A stretch of 43,358 bases of DNA, taken from the NCBI GenBank assembly GCA_027028625.1, contig JALVIH010000003.1, positions 1 to 43,358 of the forward strand, written 5' to 3'. Below, in pieces: positions 1-9,849 of this stretch. Origin of the DNA: a bacterium (GTDB lineage: Bacteria; Patescibacteriota; Microgenomatia; JAADGY01). The notes below the pieces were generated by a model. That model was not told the origin of the DNA. It did not search any database and was given only the letters and a program-made list of their open reading frames with translations. Within the stretch, counting starts at the first letter, position 1. Each line of letters opens with the position of its first letter. A program made the position numbers and the translations under genes.

Positions 1-1
1 G

Positions 2-1357
2 GGGTTGATAAAAGAAGCCAAAAAAATCGGCTTAAAAACAAGCTTGGCCGGCCGCATCCGAAGCATCCGCCGCCACGGCAAGTTAACCTTCATTGATATC
101 AGCGACGAAAGCGGCCAGATTCAACTGCTCCTCCGGGCCAACGACCTTAGTCCTCAGGAGTACCAGTTAGTCAAGCTCTTAGATATTGGTGACTTCATCG
201 GAGCCAAGGGTGAGGTCTTTAAAACAAAAGCCGGCGAGATAACCCTTAAAGTCCAAGAACTAACCCTTCTTAATAAGGCCCTTCGCCCCCTGCCGGATGA
301 GTGGTATGGCTTAAAGGACAAAGAGGAACGTTTTCGTCGCCGCTACCTAGATTTAATTCTTAACCCTCAAATAAAGAAACTTCTCGATAAACGCTGGCAG
401 ATACTTAAAAACATTCGTCTCTTTTTATGGAATCAAGGATACACTGAGGTAGAAACTCCCATTCTCCAAAACCTCTATGGAGGAACTAATGCTCGCCCTT
501 TCACGACTCATCTGAATGCCTTAGATATTGATATGTACCTCAGAGTAGCTCCAGAGCTGTATTTAAAACGGCTGATTGTTGGCGGTTACGAAAAGATTTT
601 CGAGATTGCTCGGAACTTCCGCAATGAAGGAATGGACCAAACCCACCAACCAGAGTTCACTATGATGGAGATTTACTTGGCTTATGGGGATTACCTGGCC
701 ATTATGTCTCTGACTGAAGAGTTACTGCGAAACCTAGCTACAAAAGTAAATGGCACAGCTCAGCTAAAGATAAATGAGGATGTGGTTGATTTAGGCAAAA
801 AATGGACGGTCTTAACAATTGATCAGGCTTTAAAGAAGTACTCCAATGTTGATTGGCAACAAATCAGCAGCCAGGAAATCAAACAACTACTTGAAAAGCA
901 CCAGCTTCAGGTTCCTGGTGTTTACTCTGATAATAAGGCCCTTTTTGTCCTTTTTGATCATCTAGTCACTCCTCAACTTATCCAACCTACCTGGATTATT
1001 GATTATCCTCGAGAAGTCAGCCCCTTGGCTAAGGAACATCGCAGCAAGCCAGGTCGGGTTGAACGTTTTGAGGGTTACATTGGAGGCAAAGAGATTTGCG
1101 ACGGTTGGTCAGAAATAGTCAGCCCCCTAGAACAAAGAAAAAGATTTGAAACAGAACAAAAGAATCTTCGAGCAGGGGATGATGAGGCTCAACCTTTAGA
1201 TGAAGATTTTATTGAGGCACTAGAGTACGGAGCTCCCCCCATCGCCGGTATTGGCATTGGTATTGATAGATTAGTTATGCTCCTAACTAATACTTGGAGT
1301 ATTCGGGAAGTGATAGCTTTTCCTCTAATGCGACCAAGATCTACTTCTAAGACTTAA
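2..1357 (+). CDS. lysS: Lysine--tRNA ligase (class II), 5' end probably outside the window
   Basis: OB-fold anticodon domain ([11 protein letters not shown]), motif 2 [16 protein letters not shown], motif 3 [12 protein letters not shown]; the frame is open to the window edge. Confidence 0.97.
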   Translation, partial: GLIKEAKKIGLKTSLAGRIRSIRRHGKLTFIDISDESGQIQLLLRANDLSPQEYQLVKLLDIGDFIGAKGEVFKTKAGEITLKVQELTLLNKALRPLPDEWYGLKDKEERFRRRYLDLILNPQIKKLLDKRWQILKNIRLFLWNQGYTEVETPILQNLYGGTNARPFTTHLNALDIDMYLRVAPELYLKRLIVGGYEKIFEIARNFRNEGMDQTHQPEFTMMEIYLAYGDYLAIMSLTEELLRNLATKVNGTAQLKINEDVVDLGKKWTVLTIDQALKKYSNVDWQQISSQEIKQLLEKHQLQVPGVYSDNKALFVLFDHLVTPQLIQPTWIIDYPREVSPLAKEHRSKPGRVERFEGYIGGKEICDGWSEIVSPLEQRKRFETEQKNLRAGDDEAQPLDEDFIEALEYGAPPIAGIGIGIDRLVMLLTNTWSIREVIAFPLMRPRSTSKT

Positions 1358-2475
1358 ACGAGGTAATCTTGGAGTTTTTTCCTTCCTGAGGGGCGGCGGA
1401 TTTTCCGAATGGCTTTAGCCTCTATTTGACGAATTCTTTCTCTTGTTACTCCAAAAAAGCGGCCGACTTCTTCAAGTGTCTTAGGAGTAGAACCATCAAG
1501 ACCAAAACGCATAATAATTACTTGAGCCTCTCGAGGAGAAAGACTCTTGAGAACTTCTTGGACACTCTCTTTGAGTAACTCTTGGGTGGCTGCTTCATAA
1601 GGAGAGGGTTGGGTCTGATCTTGGATAAAGTCTCCCAGAAGAGAATCCTCATCATCCCCAACTGGTTTTTCTAACGAGGTTGTATCCTGAGCCAGACGGA
1701 AGATTTCCCTTACTCGTTCCCCAGTTAGCCCAAGTTCAGCGCCTATTTCCTCCGGAGTTGGTTCCCGTCCGAGTTTTTGGGTAAGCTGGCGTTGAGTGCG
1801 AATAATTTTATTGATAGTCTCAACCATATGGACAGGAATGCGAATTGTCCTGGCCTGGTCAGCAATAGCTCGAGTAATAGCCTGTCTAATCCACCAGGTA
1901 GCATAAGTAGAGAACTTAAAACCTCGCCGCCAGTCATACTTCTCCACCGCCCGAATCAATCCTTGATTCCCTTCCTGAATAAGATCGAGAAGGGATAACC
2001 CTCTATTAATATATTTCTTAGCGATCGAAACAACTAAGCGGAGGTTTGATTTGATAAGCCTTTTTTTGGCTTCTTCATCTCCTTTTTCTACTCTCTGAGC
2101 TAGCTCTATCTCGTCCTCCGCCGTAAGAAGGTTCACTCGGCCAATCTCTTTTAGATACATCCTTACCGGATCAATTAAGGTTTTGTCTTTCAACCGTTTC
2201 AACTCCTCAATTTCTTTGAGAATATCGGAGCTTTTTTCTTTAAGCTGTTCTTTTTCCTCCTCTAAATTCTCAATAACCTCAATCTCATTATCCAAACAAA
2301 ACTGGAAAAGTTCATCTAACTGCTCAAGGTATTCTTCCGGCTCAGGTAAGCAGTTTAGAATCTCCTCAAAAGTAATAAAACGGCTTTTCTTACCCTTAGC
2401 CCGGAGAGCTTCCAAACAAGCAGGCGGATGATTCTTTTTGGATTGCTGGTTAACAGTGGCAGTTTTACTAGTCAT
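1354..2475 (-). CDS. rpoD: Primary RNA polymerase sigma factor
   Basis: [11 protein letters not shown] (1.2), [42 protein letters not shown] (region 2), [18 protein letters not shown] (region 4). Confidence 0.97.
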   Translation of the reverse strand: MTSKTATVNQQSKKNHPPACLEALRAKGKKSRFITFEEILNCLPEPEEYLEQLDELFQFCLDNEIEVIENLEEEKEQLKEKSSDILKEIEELKRLKDKTLIDPVRMYLKEIGRVNLLTAEDEIELAQRVEKGDEEAKKRLIKSNLRLVVSIAKKYINRGLSLLDLIQEGNQGLIRAVEKYDWRRGFKFSTYATWWIRQAITRAIADQARTIRIPVHMVETINKIIRTQRQLTQKLGREPTPEEIGAELGLTGERVREIFRLAQDTTSLEKPVGDDEDSLLGDFIQDQTQPSPYEAATQELLKESVQEVLKSLSPREAQVIIMRFGLDGSTPKTLEEVGRFFGVTRERIRQIEAKAIRKIRRPSGRKKLQDYLV

Positions 2476-2496
2476 TAGTAGCTTTTATTTTAACAC

Positions 2497-2534
2497 GAGA
2501 GAGACCTTGCGGCTCCCGCTTCAAGGTCTCTCTC
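2497..2534. terminator. 13-bp inverted repeat between hsp20 and rpoD (terminator or operator)
   Basis: GAGAGAGACCTTG...CAAGGTCTCTCTC; no clear U-tract; adjoins a TGTTAAAAT extended -10 for rpoD on the minus strand. Confidence 0.5.
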
Positions 2535-2558
2535 TACAACTAACTAAGTAATAAGCCT

Positions 2559-2990
2559 TTACTTATTTACTGTTACTTTTATCTTTTTGCTCTTAGCTTC
2601 CTCTTTCTTGGGCAGAGTCACCTTCAGAATACCGTCCTTTATACCTGCCTTGGCCTTGTCTGGGTTAACCTTGGCCGGCAGCTGGACTTGGTAAAAAAAT
2701 TGGCGTTGCTGCCATCCTCGCAGATAGTAGCGGCGCTTCTTATCCTCTTCTTTCCTCTCTACTTTGGTTCCTGCCTTAACCGTCAAGAGATTGTTATCAA
2801 TAGTCACATCCACCTCAGACGGGCTTACCCCAGGAACCATAGCCTCAACCACCACATTATCATCGGTCTCATAAACATTCACCCCCTCTTCTGATCCACT
2901 AAATGAAGAGGGAAATAACTCCCAGTCTTCAAAAAAAGGTTTAAGTAAGCTTCGAGGTACTAAGGCCCAAGGATTGTTTTTGTCAGTCAT
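2559..2990 (-). CDS. Hsp20/alpha-crystallin small heat shock protein
   Basis: VNVYETDDNVVVEAMVPGV...LPAKVNPDKAKAGIKDGILKVTLPK; AGGAGG Shine-Dalgarno (SD) upstream. Confidence 0.95.
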   Translation of the reverse strand: MTDKNNPWALVPRSLLKPFFEDWELFPSSFSGSEEGVNVYETDDNVVVEAMVPGVSPSEVDVTIDNNLLTVKAGTKVERKEEDKKRRYYLRGWQQRQFFYQVQLPAKVNPDKAKAGIKDGILKVTLPKKEEAKSKKIKVTVNK

Positions 2991-3026
2991 TTTAACCTCC
3001 TTTTTGAAAACTTTATAACTATTATC

Positions 3027-3055
3027 AGTCTAGCACTTAGAGTGCTAATTGTCAA
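3027..3055 (-). promoter_or_regulatory. Sigma-70 promoter of hsp20 containing a CIRCE-like inverted repeat
   Basis: Minus strand TTGACA-17nt-TAGACT; TTAGCACTC-T-AAGTGCTAG (3030-3048) fills the spacer and overlaps the -10. Confidence 0.75.
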
Positions 3056-3058
3056 GAG

Positions 3059-3087
3059 TTGACAACAGAGATAAACAGAGATATATT
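3059..3087 (+). promoter_or_regulatory. Divergent sigma-70 promoter for the 66-aa ORF
   Basis: TTGACA(3059-3064)-17nt-TATATT(3082-3087), back to back with the hsp20 -35; spacer holds the tandem AACAGAGATA x2. Confidence 0.7.
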
Positions 3088-3145
3088 AGGAGAAGAAAGA
3101 GTTAAGCCTGCTTAACAGGCAAAAATAGAAAGGAGGTGAGGTTAG

Positions 3146-3346
3146 ATGGCCTACAGTTATACTAACTCTCGTGGTGTTACTTATTATCTTCACTCTCGTG
3201 AAGTCACTCTTAAGGGCGGTCGAGTTCAAAGGATTTATTGGTTCGCTAAGAGCGAGAATCCTAGCTACGCTCTTGATGACGTCCCCGCTGGTTACAAAGT
3301 AATGGAGACTAAAAAGAGTGGCTTACCTGTTTTGAAGAAAGCTTAA
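3146..3346 (+). CDS. Small basic hypothetical protein (66 aa)
   Basis: Strong SD AGGAGGTGA, its own promoter and a downstream terminator. Confidence 0.85.
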   Translation: MAYSYTNSRGVTYYLHSREVTLKGGRVQRIYWFAKSENPSYALDDVPAGYKVMETKKSGLPVLKKA

Positions 3347-3359
3347 GAAAAAAGCAATT

Positions 3360-3399
3360 AAGTTCCGGACTCCTTATACAAGGGGTCCGGAACTTTTTT
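3360..3399 (+). terminator. Rho-independent terminator
   Basis: AAGTTCCGGACTCCTT-loop-AAGGGGTCCGGAACTT followed by a T-run. Confidence 0.85.
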
Positions 3400-3421
3400 A
3401 AGGTCGTGTTATACTTTTTAT

Positions 3422-4042
3422 ATGAATAAATTAGAAGAAAGATCATTGGTTGTTCTTAAACCCCATACCCTAACAAGAGGGTTAGTTGGTGAGGTCATTC
3501 GTCGTTTTGAGAATGTAGGTTTGAAGTTGGTAGGAATTAAGATGGTCCAAGTTTCCAAAGAACTAGCTGATAAGCACTATCCTTTAAGTCGACGAGAGTT
3601 CATTGAAGGAATGGGGAAAAAGACATTAGAAAACTATGCTCAGCTAGGCGTAGATCCAGTAAAAGAGCTGGGAACAGCTGATGCTTATGAAATTGGTAAG
3701 TTGGTTCGCCAATGGTTAGTAAGAATGATTACTGCTGGCCCGGTTATCGCTATGGTCTGGCAAGGACCAAGTGCTATTGAGGTTATCCGAAAAATAGTGG
3801 GCCACACCCTGCCTTCAAAAGCAGCTCCGGGCACTATCCGAGGAGATTTTTCCTATGATTCTTCATACCTAGCTAACAAAGGTAAGCGGGCAATTAAGAA
3901 TCTCATTCATGCTTCAGGTAATCTAGAGGAGGCTAAATACGAAATTTCTCTTTGGTTTAAAGACGAGGAAATTTATCAATATCCACGAGATATGGAAACA
4001 AACCCTATAAGCCAACTGGTCGACCAGAATGGAAGAGACTGA
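3422..4042 (+). CDS. ndk: Nucleoside-diphosphate kinase
   Basis: ERSLVVLKP, GEVIRRFE, PGTIRGDF, catalytic His in NLIHASG; leaderless TGT-TATACT 6 nt upstream. Confidence 0.95.
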   Translation: MNKLEERSLVVLKPHTLTRGLVGEVIRRFENVGLKLVGIKMVQVSKELADKHYPLSRREFIEGMGKKTLENYAQLGVDPVKELGTADAYEIGKLVRQWLVRMITAGPVIAMVWQGPSAIEVIRKIVGHTLPSKAAPGTIRGDFSYDSSYLANKGKRAIKNLIHASGNLEEAKYEISLWFKDEEIYQYPRDMETNPISQLVDQNGRD

Positions 4043-4565
4043 GATTGACAAATTAGCCAAATTAGCTCAAAACGACAGAAAAAAAGTTGATCAGCTCCTC
4101 CAGGAAGTTTCCCCTTTTCTTTTTACCTTTCTAAAGAAAAGAGCTAAAAGCTTAGCTGATGCCGAAGACATTCTCCAAGAAACACTTATCTCTATTAATC
4201 AATCTTTGCCTTTATGGACAGGAAGGGGGCATTTTCTCTCTTTTTGTTACGCTATTGGCCGTCATGAACTAGCCGACTTTTACCTTAAGGAAAAACTATA
4301 TCAAACCAAGAAAATGTTAGTGGCTAAATTAAAGAATATCTTCCCACCTAATCTAATCGGTCTTATAGAAAAGAAACTTCTTATTCAGTCCCTTTTCCAG
4401 CATCTGCCTCGCCGTTACCAATTAGTCCTCACCCTGAAGTACAGTTATGGACTATCTATAAAAGACATAGCCAATAGATTAGGAGTTAGCCCAAAAGGGG
4501 TTGAGTCACTTTTATTCCGAGCCAGAGAAAAAAGTAAAAAAATACTTCTAGACTCTAACGAGTAA
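4029..4565 (+). CDS. ECF-type (sigma-24-like) sigma factor
   Basis: Region 2 DAEDILQET; region 4 LPRRYQLVLTLKYSYGLSIKDIANRLGVSPKGVESLLFRAR. Confidence 0.88.
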   Translation: MEETEIDKLAKLAQNDRKKVDQLLQEVSPFLFTFLKKRAKSLADAEDILQETLISINQSLPLWTGRGHFLSFCYAIGRHELADFYLKEKLYQTKKMLVAKLKNIFPPNLIGLIEKKLLIQSLFQHLPRRYQLVLTLKYSYGLSIKDIANRLGVSPKGVESLLFRAREKSKKILLDSNE

Positions 4566-4995
4566 GAATTTTATCTAAAATCGACTTAGCCTGGACAAAA
4601 ATCTCTTTTTCCGTATCGTAGGTTAAACGGGAATAAGCTTCATCAAAGGGAAGAAAAACTGCTTCTTCCACCTCGTCATCATGCTCTTCTGTATCTCCAG
4701 CCATTGCTTCCATCAGGAAGAAAACTACTTTCTTAAGAATTTTTTCTCCGTCCTGAGTATAAAAATAACTTATTGTTCCCACCTTTTCCCGTATATTAGC
4801 TAATACTCCTCCTTCTTCTTGAACCTCTCTAATGGCGGTCCGGACACTCGTCTCGTTCTTTTCTATTAGACCTTTAGGTAGTCGCCATTCATCTCGGCCA
4901 GCCGGTTTAATAATTAACCACTTAACCTGACTGGCTTCTATTTTATAAACAACTCCTCCAGCCGAACGCAGTTGGCGAATCTTTTGGTGGGGCAT
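4555..4995 (-). CDS. NUDIX hydrolase (Ap4A hydrolase-like)
   Basis: SAGGVV, WRLPKG, Nudix box GLIEKNETSVRTAIREVQEEGG. Confidence 0.9.
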   Translation of the reverse strand: MPHQKIRQLRSAGGVVYKIEASQVKWLIIKPAGRDEWRLPKGLIEKNETSVRTAIREVQEEGGVLANIREKVGTISYFYTQDGEKILKKVVFFLMEAMAGDTEEHDDEVEEAVFLPFDEAYSRLTYDTEKEIFVQAKSILDKILTR

Positions 4996-5057
4996 AAAAC
5001 TCCTTTAATTTTTCTAACTTCCTTTATTTTAACAGATAGGAGATATAATTAGCTAGG

Positions 5058-6803
5058 ATGTCAGATAAAATTGTCGAAGAAATAAAGGCTAAAGTAGACA
5101 TAGTAGAGATAGTTAGCCACTATGTGAAGCTAAAGCGGACAGGGGCAAATTACAAAGGCCTTTGCCCTTTTCATCAGGAGAAAACTCCTTCTTTTTTTGT
5201 TTCTCCAGAAAGGCAGTTTTTTAAGTGTTTTGGCTGTGGAGAATCAGGAGATGTCATTTCCTTTTTAATGAAGATCGAGGGATGGAGTTTTTATCAAACC
5301 CTAAAATATCTAGCTAAACTAGCTGGAGTTAAACTCCAAAAAGTAACTTTAGATGATGATTCTCGTTTTAAGGAACAGCTTTACCAACTTAATCGCCTAG
5401 CAGCCAGATTTTACCACTACCTACTCCTTAAACACCAATGGGGCGAGGTCGGACGCCGCTACCTTCAGGAGAGGAAAATAAATTCCCAAACAGTTAAAAC
5501 TTTTTATCTAGGGGTGGCTCCGGCTGGATGGCGGACCTTAACTAACTTTCTTAAACAAAAAAAACAAAACTTAGATCTGGCCGTTAAGGCGGGCTTGATA
5601 ATAAAAAGTGAGAAAGGCTATTATGACCGTTTCCGAGACCGACTTATCTTTCCTCTCTTCAACATCCTAGGAGAGATTGTTGGTTTTGGAGGACGCCGAC
5701 TGCACCCCAACGAGGAAGTTCCTAAATATATCAACAGTCCAGAAACTCCTATTTATAATAAAAGCAGGCACCTTTTTGGCCTCTACCAGGCTAAGGAGGC
5801 CATCCGCCAAAAGAAAGAGGCTATCATCACTGAAGGGGAGTTCGATGTCCTTTCTTCTTTTCAGTCCGGCGTCCAGAATATCGTGGCCGTTAAAGGATCA
5901 GCCTTAACAGAAGAACATCTAAAAATTCTCCGCCGCTATGCCGATCAAGTAATTTTTTCTTTTGATAATGATCCAGCAGGAATAAAGGCTACTCAAAAAA
6001 GCTTTGTTATGGCCGAAAACCAAGGACTTAAAAATAAGGTGATTATTCTTAAACAAGGAAAAGATATTGACGAGGTGGTTAAAAGTTCCCCCCAAGAATG
6101 GCTGAGTTTAATTAACCAGGCCAGCTATAGCTTTAATTTTCTCCTGGAGCATTGGAAGGGGGAAATAAAAAAGGATGATCCTTACTCCAAGAACGAAATT
6201 GTTAAAAAGGTTCTTGAGTTAATAAATCAAATTAAGAACCCTCTCCTTCAAGAAGAATATCTCCAGGCTACAGCTAAGGCTCTAGATGTTGATGAAGAGA
6301 TCCTTCGCCGACTTAAAGATCAGACAGACCAGGGTCGGCCAAAACAGTTTAAACCAGAAACCAAAACCCAAACTCAACCCAATTATCTCGATGAACTAGA
6401 AGGCATCCTTCTTAGTTTACTGATTAAAGGAGTGGAAAAAGAGCTTTTATCACAAAAACTAACTAAAGAATGTTTTACTCACTATGGCTACCGTCAACTC
6501 TTTATCCTTTTAAAGGAAAATAACTTCGATAGCCAAAGCTGTCAGGCTAGTCTAAAACCAGAACTCCTTAATCTTTACAACGAACTTTACCTTAACCCAA
6601 CAGCTGAAAAAATTAACAGCTTGCCGGCCGAAAAGAGAAAAAAAGAAGTTCAGAAACTAATCCAACGCTTACTTCAAAACCACCTTAAAACCAAGATCGA
6701 AACTTTAAAAAAAGAAATTGCTGAGATGGAAAAGAGGGGCGAAGATATCAGTGAGAAAAACAAAATCCTAGTTAAGTACCTTCGCCAATTACACCAACTC
6801 TAA
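5058..6803 (+). CDS. dnaG: DNA primase
   Basis: CHC2 zinc finger CPFHQEKTPSF...CFGC, KYINSPET, TOPRIM EGEFDV and FDNDPAG. Confidence 0.97.
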   Translation: MSDKIVEEIKAKVDIVEIVSHYVKLKRTGANYKGLCPFHQEKTPSFFVSPERQFFKCFGCGESGDVISFLMKIEGWSFYQTLKYLAKLAGVKLQKVTLDDDSRFKEQLYQLNRLAARFYHYLLLKHQWGEVGRRYLQERKINSQTVKTFYLGVAPAGWRTLTNFLKQKKQNLDLAVKAGLIIKSEKGYYDRFRDRLIFPLFNILGEIVGFGGRRLHPNEEVPKYINSPETPIYNKSRHLFGLYQAKEAIRQKKEAIITEGEFDVLSSFQSGVQNIVAVKGSALTEEHLKILRRYADQVIFSFDNDPAGIKATQKSFVMAENQGLKNKVIILKQGKDIDEVVKSSPQEWLSLINQASYSFNFLLEHWKGEIKKDDPYSKNEIVKKVLELINQIKNPLLQEEYLQATAKALDVDEEILRRLKDQTDQGRPKQFKPETKTQTQPNYLDELEGILLSLLIKGVEKELLSQKLTKECFTHYGYRQLFILLKENNFDSQSCQASLKPELLNLYNELYLNPTAEKINSLPAEKRKKEVQKLIQRLLQNHLKTKIETLKKEIAEMEKRGEDISEKNKILVKYLRQLHQL

Positions 6804-6804
6804 C

Positions 6805-8817
6805 TTAAGGGGTAAAGTTATAATTTTTCTCCACCTGTTTTATCTGGTCCGCAGCTATTTTTAGACTATTTTCAAACTCCTCCCCCTGCAAGGCAGTTTG
6901 GACAACTTTTCCTAAATAATCAATGGATCTGTCATTTAATCCTTGATCATAGGTAAAGGAGACAAAATGATAACTCCTCAGGTTAGTCGCCATCTGAGCA
7001 ATAGGTTTTAGGTACTCATCTTTTTCCAGCTCATTCTTCATATCTTGTCGGGGGTAAGGTTCACCAAAGAGACGAACCTTCTTGGCTTGATCAAAGAAAA
7101 GACGCAAATTTTCAGGCTGACTCATAAATTTTACCAACTGCCAAGCTTCCTTTTTATGATGAGAGGTAGAAGCTACTCCAATTGCCCAATAACTAGCCCA
7201 TTCAGAGTTGTCTCCAGGTATTTTAGGAACATTAGTTATACCAAAATTGACTCCATTCTTAGCAAATTCAAAGGCCCGCCAGCTAGGACCAAAATAGTAA
7301 GCCAACTGTCCCGAATCAAACATTACCGTTGAGGAGGGCAGGTCACTGCTCCAAACAGGGCTATCTCCTTCAACAAAGTGAGTATAATAGCGAATGGCAT
7401 CAACTGCAAGATTGTGGCCTTTAGCATCCAAACTTGTATCCAACTTATCCATCTCTACACCATTTTGAAAAAACATAAGAGCTAAAATGTCACTCCAGTG
7501 GTCAACATTGTTAGTTGTCCCAAGGGCTACGCCGGCAGTAGTAATCTTTCCTTGTTCATCATGTTGGGTAAGGCTTTTAGCTTGACGCGCCAAAACATCC
7601 CAGTTGGTTGGCAAGTTGTTAAGCAAACCAGCTTTAGAGAGAAGATCTTTGTTATAAAAGAGGAGTAGACCATCTACCTCAAGCGGTATACCTTTTATTT
7701 TTTGATCCATTATTAAATCGTTAGCAGCTACAGGATAAAATGTTTTCTCAAACTCTTCTGTTGAGAAAACATTATTCGGTGCATTATCAAGATCGTCTTT
7801 AAGCATCGGCAACCAGGTGTTATGAAAACGAAAAAGATCAGGCCCTTCATTATCTTTTATGGCGTTAGTGACTAAAAGGCGATAATTCCTAGCTGGTTTT
7901 TGAATATACTTAACTTCTATTCCTGTCTCCGCTTTAAACTTATCAAACAATGGTTTCATCACTGAGGCAGGTTCCCATAAACCCCAATAGGTTAAAACCA
8001 CTTTACTTTTATGGGGAGAAACAGCCGCTTTCTCCGACGGAGACGGTTGAGAAGTTTTCTTTCTTCCTAACATCAACCATCCTAAAGCTAAAGTTGACCC
8101 TACCAAAACAATAATGGCTAAAAGATAAAGAAAGGAAAAAGAGCGATGTTTGGGAGGGTTGGCTGCTGCAGAAAGAAGTTCTTCTTTTTCTTCTTCTGCC
8201 CCCTTGCCTTTGTCTTCACTTCCAAGAGGAGGAGTATCTTTTTTCTCTCCCGCTTCACCTTCAAGGGGAAACTTTTTTCTGTCTCCTTCTAAGTTCAAAT
8301 CCGTACCTTCTTCTTTTTTAGGAGTTAAATTATCTGTTTTCTCTCCTAAGTTGGAGATGGTATCCTTGCTCTTATTAACCAAGGGGGGAACTGAGGGTTC
8401 TTTTTCTGGTTTTACCTCTTTCTGCCCCCACATGCCTTCATCTTCATCATTAAAGTTATCGAAGGGGGAGGGGGTGGTTGGTAGAGGAGTGGGAGTTGAG
8501 GTATGAGAAGAGGATGTTTTGCTTAAGGTAGGTGTTGTTTTATCTTTATCTGTGGCAGCTCCAAGAGGAGATTGTTTTAAATCTGTTGGTTGAGATACGT
8601 CACCGAGGGGTAGAGTGCCTTTTTTTTCACTACTAAGGGGACTCTTAACAGGCTCAGTAACTTCCTTTTTGGGGGAGGAAGTTTTTAGAGAACCTTCTGA
8701 AATAGGAGGGGGTGAGTAAGAAGAACTTGCAACTGCTTTCGGCTGGTCTTTACTTTTTTCAGATAGAGTTTTCTTAGTCTTAGATGGAGACTTTTTGGCT
8801 GGAGACTTTTTATCCAT
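6805..8817 (-). CDS. Membrane-anchored ABC-type sugar-binding protein (SBP family 1) with a long low-complexity N-terminus
   Basis: About 225 aa rich in P/S/K/E/T, one TM helix, then LTYWGLWEP..GPDLFRFHNTWLP..LLFYNKDLL; start placed at ATG 8817, 6 nt after a TATTAT -10. Confidence 0.82.
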   Translation of the reverse strand: MDKKSPAKKSPSKTKKTLSEKSKDQPKAVASSSYSPPPISEGSLKTSSPKKEVTEPVKSPLSSEKKGTLPLGDVSQPTDLKQSPLGAATDKDKTTPTLSKTSSSHTSTPTPLPTTPSPFDNFNDEDEGMWGQKEVKPEKEPSVPPLVNKSKDTISNLGEKTDNLTPKKEEGTDLNLEGDRKKFPLEGEAGEKKDTPPLGSEDKGKGAEEEKEELLSAAANPPKHRSFSFLYLLAIIVLVGSTLALGWLMLGRKKTSQPSPSEKAAVSPHKSKVVLTYWGLWEPASVMKPLFDKFKAETGIEVKYIQKPARNYRLLVTNAIKDNEGPDLFRFHNTWLPMLKDDLDNAPNNVFSTEEFEKTFYPVAANDLIMDQKIKGIPLEVDGLLLFYNKDLLSKAGLLNNLPTNWDVLARQAKSLTQHDEQGKITTAGVALGTTNNVDHWSDILALMFFQNGVEMDKLDTSLDAKGHNLAVDAIRYYTHFVEGDSPVWSSDLPSSTVMFDSGQLAYYFGPSWRAFEFAKNGVNFGITNVPKIPGDNSEWASYWAIGVASTSHHKKEAWQLVKFMSQPENLRLFFDQAKKVRLFGEPYPRQDMKNELEKDEYLKPIAQMATNLRSYHFVSFTYDQGLNDRSIDYLGKVVQTALQGEEFENSLKIAADQIKQVEKNYNFTP

Positions 8818-8909
8818 ACTCCCATAATACAAAATTTTTCCTCTTTCTTCAAATTAGGTGACAATGGGGAAGTGTTTTAATTAGTCAACTTTTTTGTTAT
8901 CATCTAAAT

Positions 8910-9770
8910 ATGCCGGAATTGCCTGAAGTAGAAACTATCCGCCGCCAGCTAGAAGATATTATTGTTGGAAAAACCATTGGCCAAGTAACAGTTTTAGCTT
9001 CTAAAAACATCAAACTCAACCCAAAAAACTTAATTGGCCGACGAGTTGTTGGTCTTCATCGTCAAGCTAAAGTTCTTCTTATTAAACTAGACAATAATCA
9101 TTCTTTAGTCTTCCACTTTAAGATGACTGGCCAGCTTATCTATGAAAAAAATAACCAACGGGTCCGCGGCGGCCATCCAACTGCTGATTGGTACAAACCT
9201 CTCCCGGTCAAGGCAACAAAACTAATTATTGAGTTTACAGATGGAGGGAAACTTTATTACAACGACCAACGGGGTTTCGGTTGGGTAGAAGATGTCCCAA
9301 ACGACAAAATAGCTGAAAGACTAAAAAACTTTAGCCCCATCGACCCTCTTTCTCCTCAATTTACATGGGAATACTTAGCTAAGATCTGTCGCTCCTCCCG
9401 CCGCCCTATAAAACTTACTATTATGAATCAAAAAGAGCTGGGAGGGGTAGGCAATATCTATGCCAACGACTCCCTTTGGCTAGCTCGCATCCATCCTCTT
9501 CAACCCAGCAACACTCTTAGCGAGGAAGAAATAAAGCGCCTTCACAAAGCTATCATCGAGGCCATCAAAGAAGGACTAAAGTATAACGGAACTACCATTA
9601 ACACTTATGTTGATGCTCAAGGTAAGAAAGGAGCGTATCAGCAACATTTTAAGGTCTACAGTCGAGCTGGCCAAAAGTGCCTCCGCAATGATGGGGGAAT
9701 CATAAAAGTAATTAAAGTTGGTGGCCGACGAACCTTCTTCTGCCCAGTTTGCCAGAAACTAAAAATTTAA
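8910..9770 (+). CDS. mutM: Formamidopyrimidine-DNA glycosylase
   Basis: MPELPEVET, HFKMTGQL, GVGNIYAND, C-terminal zinc finger ending FCPVCQ. Confidence 0.96.
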   Translation: MPELPEVETIRRQLEDIIVGKTIGQVTVLASKNIKLNPKNLIGRRVVGLHRQAKVLLIKLDNNHSLVFHFKMTGQLIYEKNNQRVRGGHPTADWYKPLPVKATKLIIEFTDGGKLYYNDQRGFGWVEDVPNDKIAERLKNFSPIDPLSPQFTWEYLAKICRSSRRPIKLTIMNQKELGGVGNIYANDSLWLARIHPLQPSNTLSEEEIKRLHKAIIEAIKEGLKYNGTTINTYVDAQGKKGAYQQHFKVYSRAGQKCLRNDGGIIKVIKVGGRRTFFCPVCQKLKI

Positions 9771-9849
9771 GCTTGTTTTATTAATTTTTACCGCATCCAT
9801 CTCTGTTTTTTTCACGTATCCTATAGTTAATTTTAGGTACACTAAAATC

